A stretch of DNA of 57,912 nt from Eubacteriales bacterium (GTDB lineage: Bacteria; Bacillota; Clostridia; Oscillospirales; CAG-272), in NCBI GenBank assembly GCA_045536065.1, contig JAZSMV010000008.1, positions 1 through 57,912 on the forward strand, given 5' to 3'. Of the stretch, positions 9,283-19,473 are shown piece after piece. The notes under the pieces were generated by a model, which searched no databases, was not told where the DNA came from, and saw only the letters and a list, made by a program, of their open reading frames with translations. The translations under genes were made by a program, and so were the position numbers. The stretch's first letter is position 1. Each line of letters opens with the position of its first letter.

Positions 9283-11679
9283 ATGAAAAAATTTATTTTA
9301 CTTGTTTTGACATTGATAATATCTATCTCGCTTATCACCTCCTGCGACGTAATCGACAGGTTCTTAGGCTCGTCGGACAACGGCGGAGTGGGTGACGGCG
9401 GTACAGGTGACGTTGACGGCTCGGGAGATGAGCAGGAGCCAGAAGATGATCCAACCGACACTCCCGATAATCCGGAAAATCCCGACGGTCCCTCAGAGGA
9501 AAAGCCCGAGGATAAGCCAAGTGACGAAGCAAAGTATACATATACCGACTTTACTCCCTCGGAGAAAAGCACAATAAAGAATATGCTGGGCGGTCTTATT
9601 CCCTTCGTTCCCAATAACGAATACTACGTTGAGACAAATTATGACGAGTATTATGAGAGCGACTGCATTTCCTACTACACCTTTGGAAACACAAGGGTCG
9701 ATTTTGAGGAATATCTGAAGCTATACTCCGACTTTAAGCTTACCGAGACCTTTGAGGACGATTACGGTGACACCTGGTATTGCTATGACAGTGAGCTTGT
9801 TTACGTCGAGCTGTCCTTCTACTATTATGAGGGGGATTACGTAATTGACGTTTACGCATATCCTAATACCGATAACGGCGGTAGCGGTGACGTTGGCGGC
9901 GGTGATATTGGCGGTGACACCGAGGACTACCTTTACACCGACTTTAGCGAGGGCGATAAAGAGTTGTTTTATGATACCGTCGGCTTCGTTATTCCCTTCC
10001 TTAAGACAAATGAATACTACCTCGAGGAATACTACTACGACTACGGCGACGGAACAGCCGAGGTGGGCTTAAACTTCTATACCTACGGCAACACAACGGC
10101 TGAATTTGCCGCATATCGCAGTCTGTTCTCCTCTTATACATACGAGGGCAGTGACGTGGATGATTACGGCGACAGCTGGTATTTCTACAACTACCTTGAC
10201 TACTACGTTGATATGTCCATATATCAGGACAACAACGGCGAGTGGGTTGCGGATATTTACGTTTACAGCCTTGAGGAAAGCTCGGGCGGTAACACGGGCA
10301 GTGGAGATATTGGCGGCGGTGACGTTGGCGGAGACACCGACGAAGGCTATGAAATAATCACCAACCAGGGCGCAGGTCTTCCCACAGGTCAGAATGGCAT
10401 ATATAACGTTGACTTTACGGATGCCACCTACGTTAAGGACGTTAGCGATCAGGGCTATTACCTTGACGGATGTCCCACGGTCGGATCACCTGCCGTGCTT
10501 GTTATTCCCGTTGAGTTCAGCGATTCCACAGCTGCAAGTAAAGGATGCAGCATCAATAACATTGTAACCGCATTCAGCGGTCCTGCGGGCAGTACCGACT
10601 ACTTCTCGGTAGATGAATACTACTATATTTCCAGCTACGGAAGGCTGGATCTTGATATCACCGTCATTGATCAGTGGTTCCGTCCTCAGTATAACAGCGA
10701 CTATTACAAGAATGCCACCGAGAGCTACGGCGGTCAGGTGGTAGAGATAGGCGATCAGCTTATTCTCGACGAGGCTCTTGCATATCTGTCTGGCATTATG
10801 GATCTTTCCAAGTTTGACTCCGACGGCAACGGAGTTATCGACGCCGTGGTTATGATAAATACCCTTGATATTGGCGATGAGGACTTTAACTGGGCATACA
10901 GATACTGGAACACCTACACCGACAGCGAGGGCTACTATTACGAATACGACGGTGTAAGCGCAAACGACTATCTCTGGGCATCCTATTTCTTCATGCACGA
11001 AAGCTATACCGAGTCGGGAGAGGTTATCTATACCGATAGCTCGGTTATGAACACCTACACCTTTATTCACGAGTTCGGACACATCCTCGGCGCTGACGAC
11101 TACTATGATACATCGTCTGCTGCCTACGATCCCCTTGACGGTTGTGATATTATGGACAGTATGCCGGGAGATCACAACCCCTATTCCAAGTTTAATTACG
11201 GCTGGATCACCTCGTCAAGACTTGTTACAGCCTCTGACAGCGTTACACTGACCCTTGAGAGCTTCTCTGAAAATGGCGACAGCATCATTATCGCTAACAA
11301 CTGGGATGAGAGCCTTGGAGCATATCAGGAGTATTACGTGCTGATCTATTACACATCCGACGGTCTGAACGGCGGTGACTTCGGTTACTTTGCCCGTGAC
11401 GGCGTTGTGGTTTATCACGTGAACGCAAGCCTCTGCCGTGAGGAATACGAGGGCGAGGTATACTACGACGTATATAACAATAACACATCTCCCTCCGATG
11501 AATACGGAAGCGAGAATAACCTTATTGAGTTTGTAAAATCGGCAAACGATACCTTTACCTACATAGAGGGCGACAGAATTCCCTCTGTGACCGACGATCT
11601 CGGCATCTCCCTCTCCTACACCTTTGTTATCGATTCGCTGACAGAGGATAGCGCAACAATTACATTTAGCAAGAACTGA
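9283..11679 (+). CDS. Lipoprotein with two N-terminal ~115-aa repeat modules and a C-terminal M6 (immune-inhibitor-A-like) metalloprotease domain
   Basis: Lipobox LITSC|D. Acidic and Gly-rich linkers. Two copies of a Y(T/L)YTDF..IPF..EYY...FGNT...DDYGD.WY module. Then GCPTVGSPAVLVIPVEFSD and a FIHEFGHILGADDYYD zinc motif. Confidence 0.65.
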   Translation: MKKFILLVLTLIISISLITSCDVIDRFLGSSDNGGVGDGGTGDVDGSGDEQEPEDDPTDTPDNPENPDGPSEEKPEDKPSDEAKYTYTDFTPSEKSTIKNMLGGLIPFVPNNEYYVETNYDEYYESDCISYYTFGNTRVDFEEYLKLYSDFKLTETFEDDYGDTWYCYDSELVYVELSFYYYEGDYVIDVYAYPNTDNGGSGDVGGGDIGGDTEDYLYTDFSEGDKELFYDTVGFVIPFLKTNEYYLEEYYYDYGDGTAEVGLNFYTYGNTTAEFAAYRSLFSSYTYEGSDVDDYGDSWYFYNYLDYYVDMSIYQDNNGEWVADIYVYSLEESSGGNTGSGDIGGGDVGGDTDEGYEIITNQGAGLPTGQNGIYNVDFTDATYVKDVSDQGYYLDGCPTVGSPAVLVIPVEFSDSTAASKGCSINNIVTAFSGPAGSTDYFSVDEYYYISSYGRLDLDITVIDQWFRPQYNSDYYKNATESYGGQVVEIGDQLILDEALAYLSGIMDLSKFDSDGNGVIDAVVMINTLDIGDEDFNWAYRYWNTYTDSEGYYYEYDGVSANDYLWASYFFMHESYTESGEVIYTDSSVMNTYTFIHEFGHILGADDYYDTSSAAYDPLDGCDIMDSMPGDHNPYSKFNYGWITSSRLVTASDSVTLTLESFSENGDSIIIANNWDESLGAYQEYYVLIYYTSDGLNGGDFGYFARDGVVVYHVNASLCREEYEGEVYYDVYNNNTSPSDEYGSENNLIEFVKSANDTFTYIEGDRIPSVTDDLGISLSYTFVIDSLTEDSATITFSKN

Positions 11680-11717
11680 TTTTAAATTTTTAATCAATCC
11701 GAGCGAAAGGAGATAAT

Positions 11718-13526
11718 ATGAAAAGATTAATAGCATTGATCCTGGTGCTTGTGCTGACCGTTTCAGCCTTAAGCTCCTGCATACTTTTAAACTTTAGCGA
11801 GATTATTAACGCCATAGGCGATCCTACACCCGGATATTTTACCCACGAGGACTTTTCCGAGCAGGAAAAGGCGCTGTTTATTAAGCACATCGGCGAGGTT
11901 ATTCCCTTTGCGCCTACCGATTATTATGACTTCGGCAGCTATTACGGTGACGGAGACTACGATGAGGGTATAAGATTTTCCACCTTTGATAATACAAAGC
12001 GGGATTTCGAAAAATACCGTGATAAATTCTCCGATTATACCCTTAAAGGCTCCGAGCCCGACGAATACGGCGACATCTGGTACACCTACCAGAAGGGCTA
12101 TATTGTCGTCCTGCTCTCCTTCTACCGTTATAACGGCAACAATATTATCGACGTATACTGCTACGTAGACGAAAACGAGCTGGTGGCAAGCGGTGTGCTT
12201 ACCAACCAGAACTGCGGTCTGCCCGAGGGGATTAACGGAGTACACAAGGTCGACTTTACCAAAGCCGATTATATCACCAACGTAACCGGACAGGATGATT
12301 ATCTTAACGGATGTCCCACCACCGGCTCACCGAAGGTGCTGGTTATTCCCGTTGATTTCAGCGACGCACGTGCCGAATCCAAGGGATATACTATCGAGAA
12401 CATCAAGCGTGCCTTTCTCGGCGGAGAGGGTGAGACCGACTACCACTCTGTTGACGAGTATTACAAGCAATCAAGCTACGGTCAACTCGACCTGGATATA
12501 ACGGTTATAGACGAATGGTTCAGACCCAAGGAGTCCAGCTTCTACTATAAGAATCAGAAGATGGATTACTACGGCGAGGAGGTGGTTATCGGCGATCAGT
12601 TGGTAATTCGTGAGGCGCTTACATACCTTGATACCATTATGGATCTGTCGGAGTTCGACTCGGACGGCAACGGCGTAATTGATGCGGTGGTTATTGTAAA
12701 CACCGTTAACATTAACGATTCCCACAACTTCCTTTGGGCTTACAGATATTGGAACATATACGAGCATAACGTAATGGGTCCCTACAAATATGACGGCGTA
12801 ACGGTCAACGACTATATGTGGGTGCCATACGGATTTCTGCACGAGGGAGAAGATATGTGGGGGGATATCACTTATACCGATACAAGCGTGATGAATACCT
12901 TCACATTTATCCACGAATTCGGCCATATTCTCGGCGCTGAGGACTACTATAATCGCTCACCAGGGGGCTTGCATCCTTTGTTTGGAAAGGACGTAATGGA
13001 TAGCACTCTCGGCGATCACAACCCCTTTACCAAGTTCAATTACGGCTGGGTGACGGAATCAAGGCTTGTTACCACCGACAGCAGTATCACCCTGTCGCTC
13101 AAGTCCTTTACCGAAACGGGTGACACTATAATTCTGGCTAACAACTGGGATGACCGTCTCGGCGCATATCAGGAATACTACATAGTTACATACTACACCG
13201 ACACCGGTCTTAACGGTGATGGCGGCGGATATTTCGACGAGAACTGTATTGTGGTATATCATGTCAACGCTTCTCTATACTATGAAACCTACGGAAGAAC
13301 CACCTATTACGATTTGCAGTTCAATAACACCGCCTCAAGCTATGAGGGAGGAACGACGGATAATCTGATAGAATTTGTTGCGAAAAAAGCAAGAGAGATT
13401 TTCCACTACACCGAGGGACAGTCGCTGACGGTACCAAGAGATGACTTTGATGAGCCTCTTAAATACACCTTCACGGTTGACTCTCTTACCGAGGATGAAG
13501 CCATTCTCACATTCACAAGACAGTAA
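11718..13526 (+). CDS. Paralogous M6-like metalloprotease lipoprotein (one N-terminal module)
   Basis: Lipobox LSSC|I, one copy of the module, GCPTTGSPKVLVIPVDFSD, and FIHEFGHILGAEDYYN. It aligns by eye with the upstream gene along its whole length. Confidence 0.65.
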   Translation: MKRLIALILVLVLTVSALSSCILLNFSEIINAIGDPTPGYFTHEDFSEQEKALFIKHIGEVIPFAPTDYYDFGSYYGDGDYDEGIRFSTFDNTKRDFEKYRDKFSDYTLKGSEPDEYGDIWYTYQKGYIVVLLSFYRYNGNNIIDVYCYVDENELVASGVLTNQNCGLPEGINGVHKVDFTKADYITNVTGQDDYLNGCPTTGSPKVLVIPVDFSDARAESKGYTIENIKRAFLGGEGETDYHSVDEYYKQSSYGQLDLDITVIDEWFRPKESSFYYKNQKMDYYGEEVVIGDQLVIREALTYLDTIMDLSEFDSDGNGVIDAVVIVNTVNINDSHNFLWAYRYWNIYEHNVMGPYKYDGVTVNDYMWVPYGFLHEGEDMWGDITYTDTSVMNTFTFIHEFGHILGAEDYYNRSPGGLHPLFGKDVMDSTLGDHNPFTKFNYGWVTESRLVTTDSSITLSLKSFTETGDTIILANNWDDRLGAYQEYYIVTYYTDTGLNGDGGGYFDENCIVVYHVNASLYYETYGRTTYYDLQFNNTASSYEGGTTDNLIEFVAKKAREIFHYTEGQSLTVPRDDFDEPLKYTFTVDSLTEDEAILTFTRQ

Positions 13527-13528
13527 AT

Positions 13529-13568
13529 AAAAAAACAGGCGCAGGAATTAATCCTGTGCCTGTTTTTG
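13529..13568. terminator. Bidirectional terminator between convergent genes
   Basis: AAAAAAACAGGCGCAGGA-ttaa-TCCTGTGCCTGTTTTT. Confidence 0.7.
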
Positions 13569-13595
13569 CGTTGTTTTGTCAACTATACATTACAA

Positions 13596-15092
13596 TTAAC
13601 CCGATATTTGAGCTATAAATCGCATGAACGCCGCCTTGCCCTCAGGTGTTCTCTTGAACACGCCTGCGTCAAGAAGAACCTGCTTAAACACCTTGCCGAT
13701 CTCATCCTTGATAATGGCTGATGCATTCTCGGCAGAGAATTCGGGGTGATCGGAAAGAAGTTTGTCCGCCCAATCGGCGTGGGGTGCTAGCTTTGCATCA
13801 GAGCGAAGATCGGCGCCCGAGAGAAGTGCGCTCTCAAGCAGTGTGATCTCCTCCGCCAGACGTGCAGGCAGAATTGCAAGACCCATAACCTCTATAAGTC
13901 CGATATTCTCCTTCTTGATGTGATGAAGCTCGGGAGCGGGATGATAAAGACCGATAGGACGGTCGGGTGTGGTGATGTTGTTACGAAGAACAAGATCACA
14001 GACGTAATTATCGCCGCTCTTTCTCGCAATGGGAGTAACGGTGCTGTGAGGCGTACCGTCGGTTTCGGCAAAGATATAAGCCTCGGGGTCGGTATATCCT
14101 CTCCAGGCGGTAAGAACAGCGTTACAGCACGAAGAAAGCGCCCTCTTATCCTCAGAGATAAGTCTGATTACCGACATAGGCCATTTAACTATGCCCGCCT
14201 TTACGGTGGGATAGTCCTTTATCTCAAAGCTCTCCTCTATGGGAGCCCTTTCCATAGCAAAGGTGTATCTTCCACCCTGGAAATGCTCGTGAGAAAGAAT
14301 GGATCCGCCAACGATGGGAAGATCTGCATTTGAGCCGATAAAGTAGTGAGGCAGATACTCGATAATATCAAAGAGCTTGCCGAATACGGCAGCGTCAATC
14401 TTCATTGGAACGTGGGAGTTATTAAATGCGATGCAATGCTCGTTATAGTAGCCGTAGGGTGAGTACTGAAGCGACCAATCCTCGCCTGCTACTTTGATCG
14501 GCACGGGAATAAGGTTCTGTCTTGCAGGGTGACTGAGATGTCCTGCAAAGCCTGTGTTCTCAAGGCAGAGCTGACACTTAGGATAGGAGGATGCGGTAGC
14601 ATTTCTTGCCGCAGCAATATCCCTCGGATCCTTTTCGGGCTTCGAACGGTTGATGCTGATGTCAAGAGTTCCGTACTCGCAGTCGTGCTGCCATTTAATG
14701 TCCCTCTCGATCCTGCCTGCTCTTACGTAATTAATATCACGGCTGAACATATAGTACCAGGAGGTAGCATCCTCGGGACTTATGTCATATCTCTCCTCAA
14801 ACTTAGCTATAACCTCTCTGGGCATAGGCATAAGCGGACCCATAATTCGTGTATCAAAGAGGTCACGGGAGGCTGTGGTGTCGGGAATAATCCCCTTCTC
14901 TGTTGCGTACTCCACAATAGGAGAAAGGATCTCCTCTATCGACATATTTCCCGCCTCTGCCGAGCATTCCTGCCAATCCGTAAGGCCAAGAGTGTCAATA
15001 AGCCTGTTGCGTACGTAAAGCGTGTCCTCTACGGTTATTATATTCCTTCTTACTCCATAGTCAAGGAGTCTTTCTATCGCCTCAAAAATCAT
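13596..15092 (-). CDS. galT: UDP-glucose--hexose-1-phosphate uridylyltransferase, class II (long Gram-positive form)
   Basis: About 500 aa with GalT class-II blocks (YSPYGYYNEHCI, GGSILSHEHFQGG). Start taken at MIFEAIERLLDYG (15092). Confidence 0.8.
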   Translation of the reverse strand: MIFEAIERLLDYGVRRNIITVEDTLYVRNRLIDTLGLTDWQECSAEAGNMSIEEILSPIVEYATEKGIIPDTTASRDLFDTRIMGPLMPMPREVIAKFEERYDISPEDATSWYYMFSRDINYVRAGRIERDIKWQHDCEYGTLDISINRSKPEKDPRDIAAARNATASSYPKCQLCLENTGFAGHLSHPARQNLIPVPIKVAGEDWSLQYSPYGYYNEHCIAFNNSHVPMKIDAAVFGKLFDIIEYLPHYFIGSNADLPIVGGSILSHEHFQGGRYTFAMERAPIEESFEIKDYPTVKAGIVKWPMSVIRLISEDKRALSSCCNAVLTAWRGYTDPEAYIFAETDGTPHSTVTPIARKSGDNYVCDLVLRNNITTPDRPIGLYHPAPELHHIKKENIGLIEVMGLAILPARLAEEITLLESALLSGADLRSDAKLAPHADWADKLLSDHPEFSAENASAIIKDEIGKVFKQVLLDAGVFKRTPEGKAAFMRFIAQISG

Positions 15093-15121
15093 AAATAATC
15101 TCACATTTAAATAAATTTAGC

Positions 15122-15145
15122 TGCCCGAGGGATCATCCCTCGGGC
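15122..15145 (-). terminator. Hairpin between the GT2 gene and galT (possible attenuator or weak terminator)
   Basis: GCCCGAGGGAT-ca-TCCCTCGGGC. It has no strong U-tract. Confidence 0.3.
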
Positions 15146-15153
15146 AAATTGCT

Positions 15154-16164
15154 TTAGTTAAATCTTACAACGTGGTTTGCAAGCCAGTTAATGAAGGAGC
15201 AGAAATGCTGACCGAATTTACCCGGTATGCAAATAAAGGTAAGGGGTGTCCAGTAGCGGAAATGCTTGCCCCACTTTTCATCGTGAGCAAAGCACTTTTT
15301 CCACATCTCACGAAGATCCCTGTCAACCTCCTTCGTCTTGTTCATTCTGGTATACAGAATTGCAATACCGAAGAGGACGAACATCTCGTGCTTAAGATAC
15401 TTCTTAAGTCTCTTATGGCTCAGGCTGTCAAAATGACATGCCGCAAAGCACTTCTCAACAACAAGAAGGTGGTGAGTGTAGCGCATCATCATAGTCTTCG
15501 CCTGCACAGACTGATCGGGTCTGCCGATCCAATAACGGTAAAGGTCGGCATCCATATAGTACAGCCTCTCAACGTGAGGAAGGGTTCTGAATACCATCAG
15601 GTTGTCCTCATAGAACACGTGCTTAGGCAGGGGCTCTGCAGCACGGCGCATAAGCTCGGTTCTGAAGGTGCAGGAGTGAATGGTAAGCAGCTGGTGCATT
15701 CTGAAGGGCTTTGTCTCTCCCCAGCCGAATATACGTCCTGCGGGAAAAACGCTCTTATAGCTGATGGATCTGTCACCAATACCGTCGGTATGAACGTAAT
15801 AATAGTTGGTTACGGCAAGGTCTGTACCGCCGTTTTTCTCACACTCCTCAAGCTTGTCAAGGAATGCGGGGAAATCCTCGCTCATAATGTCATCAGAGTC
15901 CACAACCTTAAAATATGTACCGGTTGCGTGGATAAGGCCCTGGTTAATGCCCTCGCCGTGTCCACCGTTTTCCTGGTGGATAACTCTTACAATATTAGGA
16001 TACTTTTCCGCATAGCGATCTGCGATCTCGCCGGTCTGATCCTTTGAGCCGTCATCGATAATGATGACCTCAACACGCTCACCGCCTACGAGAAGACTGT
16101 CTATGCACTTTTCCATATACTCTGCCGAATTGTAGCAGGGTACGGTTACTGTTAATAGCTTCAT
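15154..16164 (-). CDS. Family 2 glycosyltransferase (candidate galactofuranosyltransferase, by context)
   Basis: Contains TVTVPCYNSAEYMEKCIDSLL, IIIDDGSKD and VVDSDD (GT-A DxD). Its ATG directly abuts the glf stop (TAAATG). Confidence 0.75.
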   Translation of the reverse strand: MKLLTVTVPCYNSAEYMEKCIDSLLVGGERVEVIIIDDGSKDQTGEIADRYAEKYPNIVRVIHQENGGHGEGINQGLIHATGTYFKVVDSDDIMSEDFPAFLDKLEECEKNGGTDLAVTNYYYVHTDGIGDRSISYKSVFPAGRIFGWGETKPFRMHQLLTIHSCTFRTELMRRAAEPLPKHVFYEDNLMVFRTLPHVERLYYMDADLYRYWIGRPDQSVQAKTMMMRYTHHLLVVEKCFAACHFDSLSHKRLKKYLKHEMFVLFGIAILYTRMNKTKEVDRDLREMWKKCFAHDEKWGKHFRYWTPLTFICIPGKFGQHFCSFINWLANHVVRFN

Positions 16165-17265
16165 TTAGATAAGCTCTCTTTCTGCCACGTCGAGTGCGGA
16201 CGCAATAACCGCATCCATATCGAAGTAGCGATACTGTGCAAGTCTGCCGCCAAAGATGGTTTTTCCCTCTCTATCGGCAAGCTCCTTGTATTTTGCATAA
16301 AGCATGCCGTTTTCCTCATCATTGATGGGATAATAGGGCTCGATGCCCGGCTGCCATTCCTGGCTATACTCTCTGGAAATAACTGTCTTAGGCTGTGTGC
16401 CAAACTCAAAATGCTTATGCTCGATGATACGTGTAAACGGAGTTTCTCTGTCTGTGTAATTTACCACCGCATTGCCCTGATAGTTGTCGGTATCAAGTAT
16501 CTCGGTATCAAATCTTACACTTCTGTATCCGAGGTAACCGTGACAATAATTAAAGTAGCTGTCAATAGGACCGGTGTATACCACCTTATCTGCCAGAGCG
16601 TCAAGCTCCGCCTTGTTCTCAAGATAGTCTACGTTAAGCCTTATCTCGGCGCCCTCAAGCATCCTCTCAACCATAGCGGTATATCCGCCCATAGGAATAC
16701 CCTGGTAGAGTGCGTTGAAGTAATTATTATCAAAGGTAAAGCGCACGGGAAGGCGACGAATGATAAAGGAAGGAAGCGCTGTGCAGGGTCTGCCCCACTG
16801 CTTCTCGGTATAGCCCTTTACAAGTCGCTCGTAGATGTCTGTTCCTACGAGAGAGATCGCCTGCTCCTCTAAATTCTTAGGATCGGTGATGCCTGCCGCA
16901 GCACGCTGCTCCTCGATCTTTGCCCTCGCCTCGTCGGGAGTGATAACACCCCACATACGGTTAAAGGTATACATATTAAAGGGTAAGGAATAAAGCTCGC
17001 CGTGGTAATTCGCTACGGGAGAGTTGGTGTAGCGGTTGAACTCGGCAAAGCGGGTCACATACTCCCACACACGCTTATCGTTTGTGTGGAAGATGTGGGC
17101 GCCGTATTTATGAACCTGTATTCCTTCAATTTGTTCGGTATAGATATTACCGCCAACGTGATTGCGTTTGTCGATCACCAAAACCGATTTACCCGCAGCC
17201 ATCGCCCTCTCGGCAAAGACTGCGCCAAAAAGTCCGGCACCGACTATTAAATAATCGTATTTCAT
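16165..17265 (-). CDS. glf: UDP-galactopyranose mutase
   Basis: Starts MKYDYLIVGAGLFGAVFA (FAD GxGxxG), with HVGGNIYT and KYGAHIFHTN. The length of 366 aa is typical of Glf. Confidence 0.88.
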   Translation of the reverse strand: MKYDYLIVGAGLFGAVFAERAMAAGKSVLVIDKRNHVGGNIYTEQIEGIQVHKYGAHIFHTNDKRVWEYVTRFAEFNRYTNSPVANYHGELYSLPFNMYTFNRMWGVITPDEARAKIEEQRAAAGITDPKNLEEQAISLVGTDIYERLVKGYTEKQWGRPCTALPSFIIRRLPVRFTFDNNYFNALYQGIPMGGYTAMVERMLEGAEIRLNVDYLENKAELDALADKVVYTGPIDSYFNYCHGYLGYRSVRFDTEILDTDNYQGNAVVNYTDRETPFTRIIEHKHFEFGTQPKTVISREYSQEWQPGIEPYYPINDEENGMLYAKYKELADREGKTIFGGRLAQYRYFDMDAVIASALDVAERELI

Positions 17266-17298
17266 AAATTAAAGTTAAATGGTTTGTTGTGGTGAAAA

Positions 17299-19398
17299 TT
17301 ATGCGGTTACGCTGTCCTCTTTTACAACGGTCTCGTCGGTGATTGTAGCCATAGCCTCCTCCATAGACATACCGTTTGCAACAGCCTCCTTACGTGCTGC
17401 GTTAACAGCCTGAATGGTCTTAAGACGCTTGCCGTCAAGGGAGTAGCCCTTCATAGCAAAGAGAGTAAGTCCCCAGGCAAGCATAGGAACAAGGCAGAAG
17501 AGTGCGATTACTACCCAATTCATACCGTCAACGTAGGGAGTAGCTTTGGTAGGAAGATCTGCTACGCCAATGAAGAGAAGCGCAACAGAAACAACGGTTG
17601 CGGAAAGACTGGATACCAGCTTATCTACAAGGCTGAAGAGAGTACCCATAATGCCGGGGATGAACTTACCCGAACGATAGGTCTCGTAGTCTGCACAGTC
17701 GGCAACCATAGGTATAGGCATATCGGCAGTAGCATAGTATGCGCCATAGCCAACGCCGAAGAAGAGCACGAAGAGAATGCTGTAAAGGTTAACGGTGATA
17801 TTAAAGCCGGGCTTAAACAACTCGCCCTCAAATACCGTAAGGTTCCAAGCAGGATTGCCGAATCTCCAAAGCAGCATCATAATAAATACGCCGATATAGC
17901 AGGCAACTGCAACTGCAACGTAGGTCATAAGAGACTTCTTCTGACCGTGCTTCTGAGATGTACGTACGGTGAGGAGGAAGAAGGGTGCAGAGAATACGTA
18001 TCCCATAATCATCATAAGAAGATAGAGGGAGTCGTAACGGTTGCGGCTTGCAAGCTTTACTGTGTCATCAGCCTTAAGCCCTGCAAGATGACCGTTTTCA
18101 TCATATTCAAGCGAGAGAAGGTCATTCTTGCTGTTTATGATCTGTCCCTCATCATTTACAAGAAGACCGAGAACTCGTCCGGATTCCTTCTCGTTGAAGC
18201 CGATAATCTTACCGTCATCATTCTTTTTAAGTCCTACAGGCATACCGTCGTCATCAAGCTCTACCGATCCAACCTTACCCGAATCGTCTATGTAGAAGGC
18301 AATTACGTCCACGTCAGAGGATGCAACAAGCTTACCGTCACTGCCAACAGTGAGAGCGGCATCTGCGTTAGAAACCTTAAGAGTATTGATGCTTGCGGAG
18401 GAAAGCTTATATGCCTGCTCCTTTTCATCAAAGGTAAGAGAGTCGCCGTCAAGAGTGATCAGGAATACCTGATCCTCCTTATCAAACTCCATAGAGACGA
18501 TATGATTTGTCTCGTTGTTCTTCATCTCGGAGAGAAGCTGTCCCTGGGTGAAGCCCATACCGAACTGTGTCATACAGCCATAAAGCATACAGAGAACGGT
18601 TACGTTGGTAGCAATAGAGAGCGCAAGCTTACAACCACCGCCTGCAACCATAAGGCGCTGAAGGGGCTTGTTATTCTTAACGATCTGAACGTACTCCTTA
18701 ACCTTAACCTGCTCCTGCTTGCCGCCGATACCGAAGTACTTGGTCTGATCCTTTTCCCAAATACCAACAATAGCGAGAAGGGTAAGAACAACAGAGATAG
18801 CTACTCCGATAGGAGTCATAATAGCAAACCAGGTGGAGTTGTAGTCGCCTGCAATATTATCACCTGCGATAATGGGACCAACAAACTGCATAGCGCCCAT
18901 ACCAACAAGGGATGCAATTGTGTTAAATACTGTGAAGAGGGGGCGCTGCTTGGGGTCGTTTGTAAGAACGGGCTGCGCAGAACGTGTAACAGAGGTCTGG
19001 AAGGTGTAGCCTATAACCCAAACCGCATACAGAAGAATAAACAGCACATATCTTAACCACATTGCGCTGGTAGGTACGAGGGGGGTAAGTATGTAAAGAG
19101 CAATTACGGAAATCGCCATTACAACGTTGCCGATTACCATAAAGGGACGGAATTTACCGAATTTGCCATTGGTTTTGTCCATTATAGCACCGATTATGGG
19201 GTCGGTAATAGCATCAAATACACGCATGCCCGTAACCATAAAGGATGCAAATACCATCGCTATACCAAGCACCTTGTTACCGAAGGTGGCAATATAGCTT
19301 AAGATAAGTACAAAGTAAACGTTCGTTGCGCCGTTGTTCATTGGGAACAGGGCGAGCTGATATAGTTTGGCACGATTTACGCCATTCTTTTCGTTCAT
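17299..19398 (-). CDS. GPH-family (glycoside-pentoside-hexuronide:cation) MFS symporter with a ~175-aa insertion between TM7 and TM8
   Basis: GPH signature DAITDPIIGAIMDKTNGKFGKFRPF. About 12 hydrophobic segments. 699 aa, against about 450-500 for the family. Confidence 0.75.
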   Translation of the reverse strand: MNEKNGVNRAKLYQLALFPMNNGATNVYFVLILSYIATFGNKVLGIAMVFASFMVTGMRVFDAITDPIIGAIMDKTNGKFGKFRPFMVIGNVVMAISVIALYILTPLVPTSAMWLRYVLFILLYAVWVIGYTFQTSVTRSAQPVLTNDPKQRPLFTVFNTIASLVGMGAMQFVGPIIAGDNIAGDYNSTWFAIMTPIGVAISVVLTLLAIVGIWEKDQTKYFGIGGKQEQVKVKEYVQIVKNNKPLQRLMVAGGGCKLALSIATNVTVLCMLYGCMTQFGMGFTQGQLLSEMKNNETNHIVSMEFDKEDQVFLITLDGDSLTFDEKEQAYKLSSASINTLKVSNADAALTVGSDGKLVASSDVDVIAFYIDDSGKVGSVELDDDGMPVGLKKNDDGKIIGFNEKESGRVLGLLVNDEGQIINSKNDLLSLEYDENGHLAGLKADDTVKLASRNRYDSLYLLMMIMGYVFSAPFFLLTVRTSQKHGQKKSLMTYVAVAVACYIGVFIMMLLWRFGNPAWNLTVFEGELFKPGFNITVNLYSILFVLFFGVGYGAYYATADMPIPMVADCADYETYRSGKFIPGIMGTLFSLVDKLVSSLSATVVSVALLFIGVADLPTKATPYVDGMNWVVIALFCLVPMLAWGLTLFAMKGYSLDGKRLKTIQAVNAARKEAVANGMSMEEAMATITDETVVKEDSVTA

Positions 19399-19473
19399 TT
19401 TATTGAACTCCTTTCAATCAGAGGCATTATTAAAGGTAATGCCGAGACCTAAAATACAAATTAAAAGTAAACA

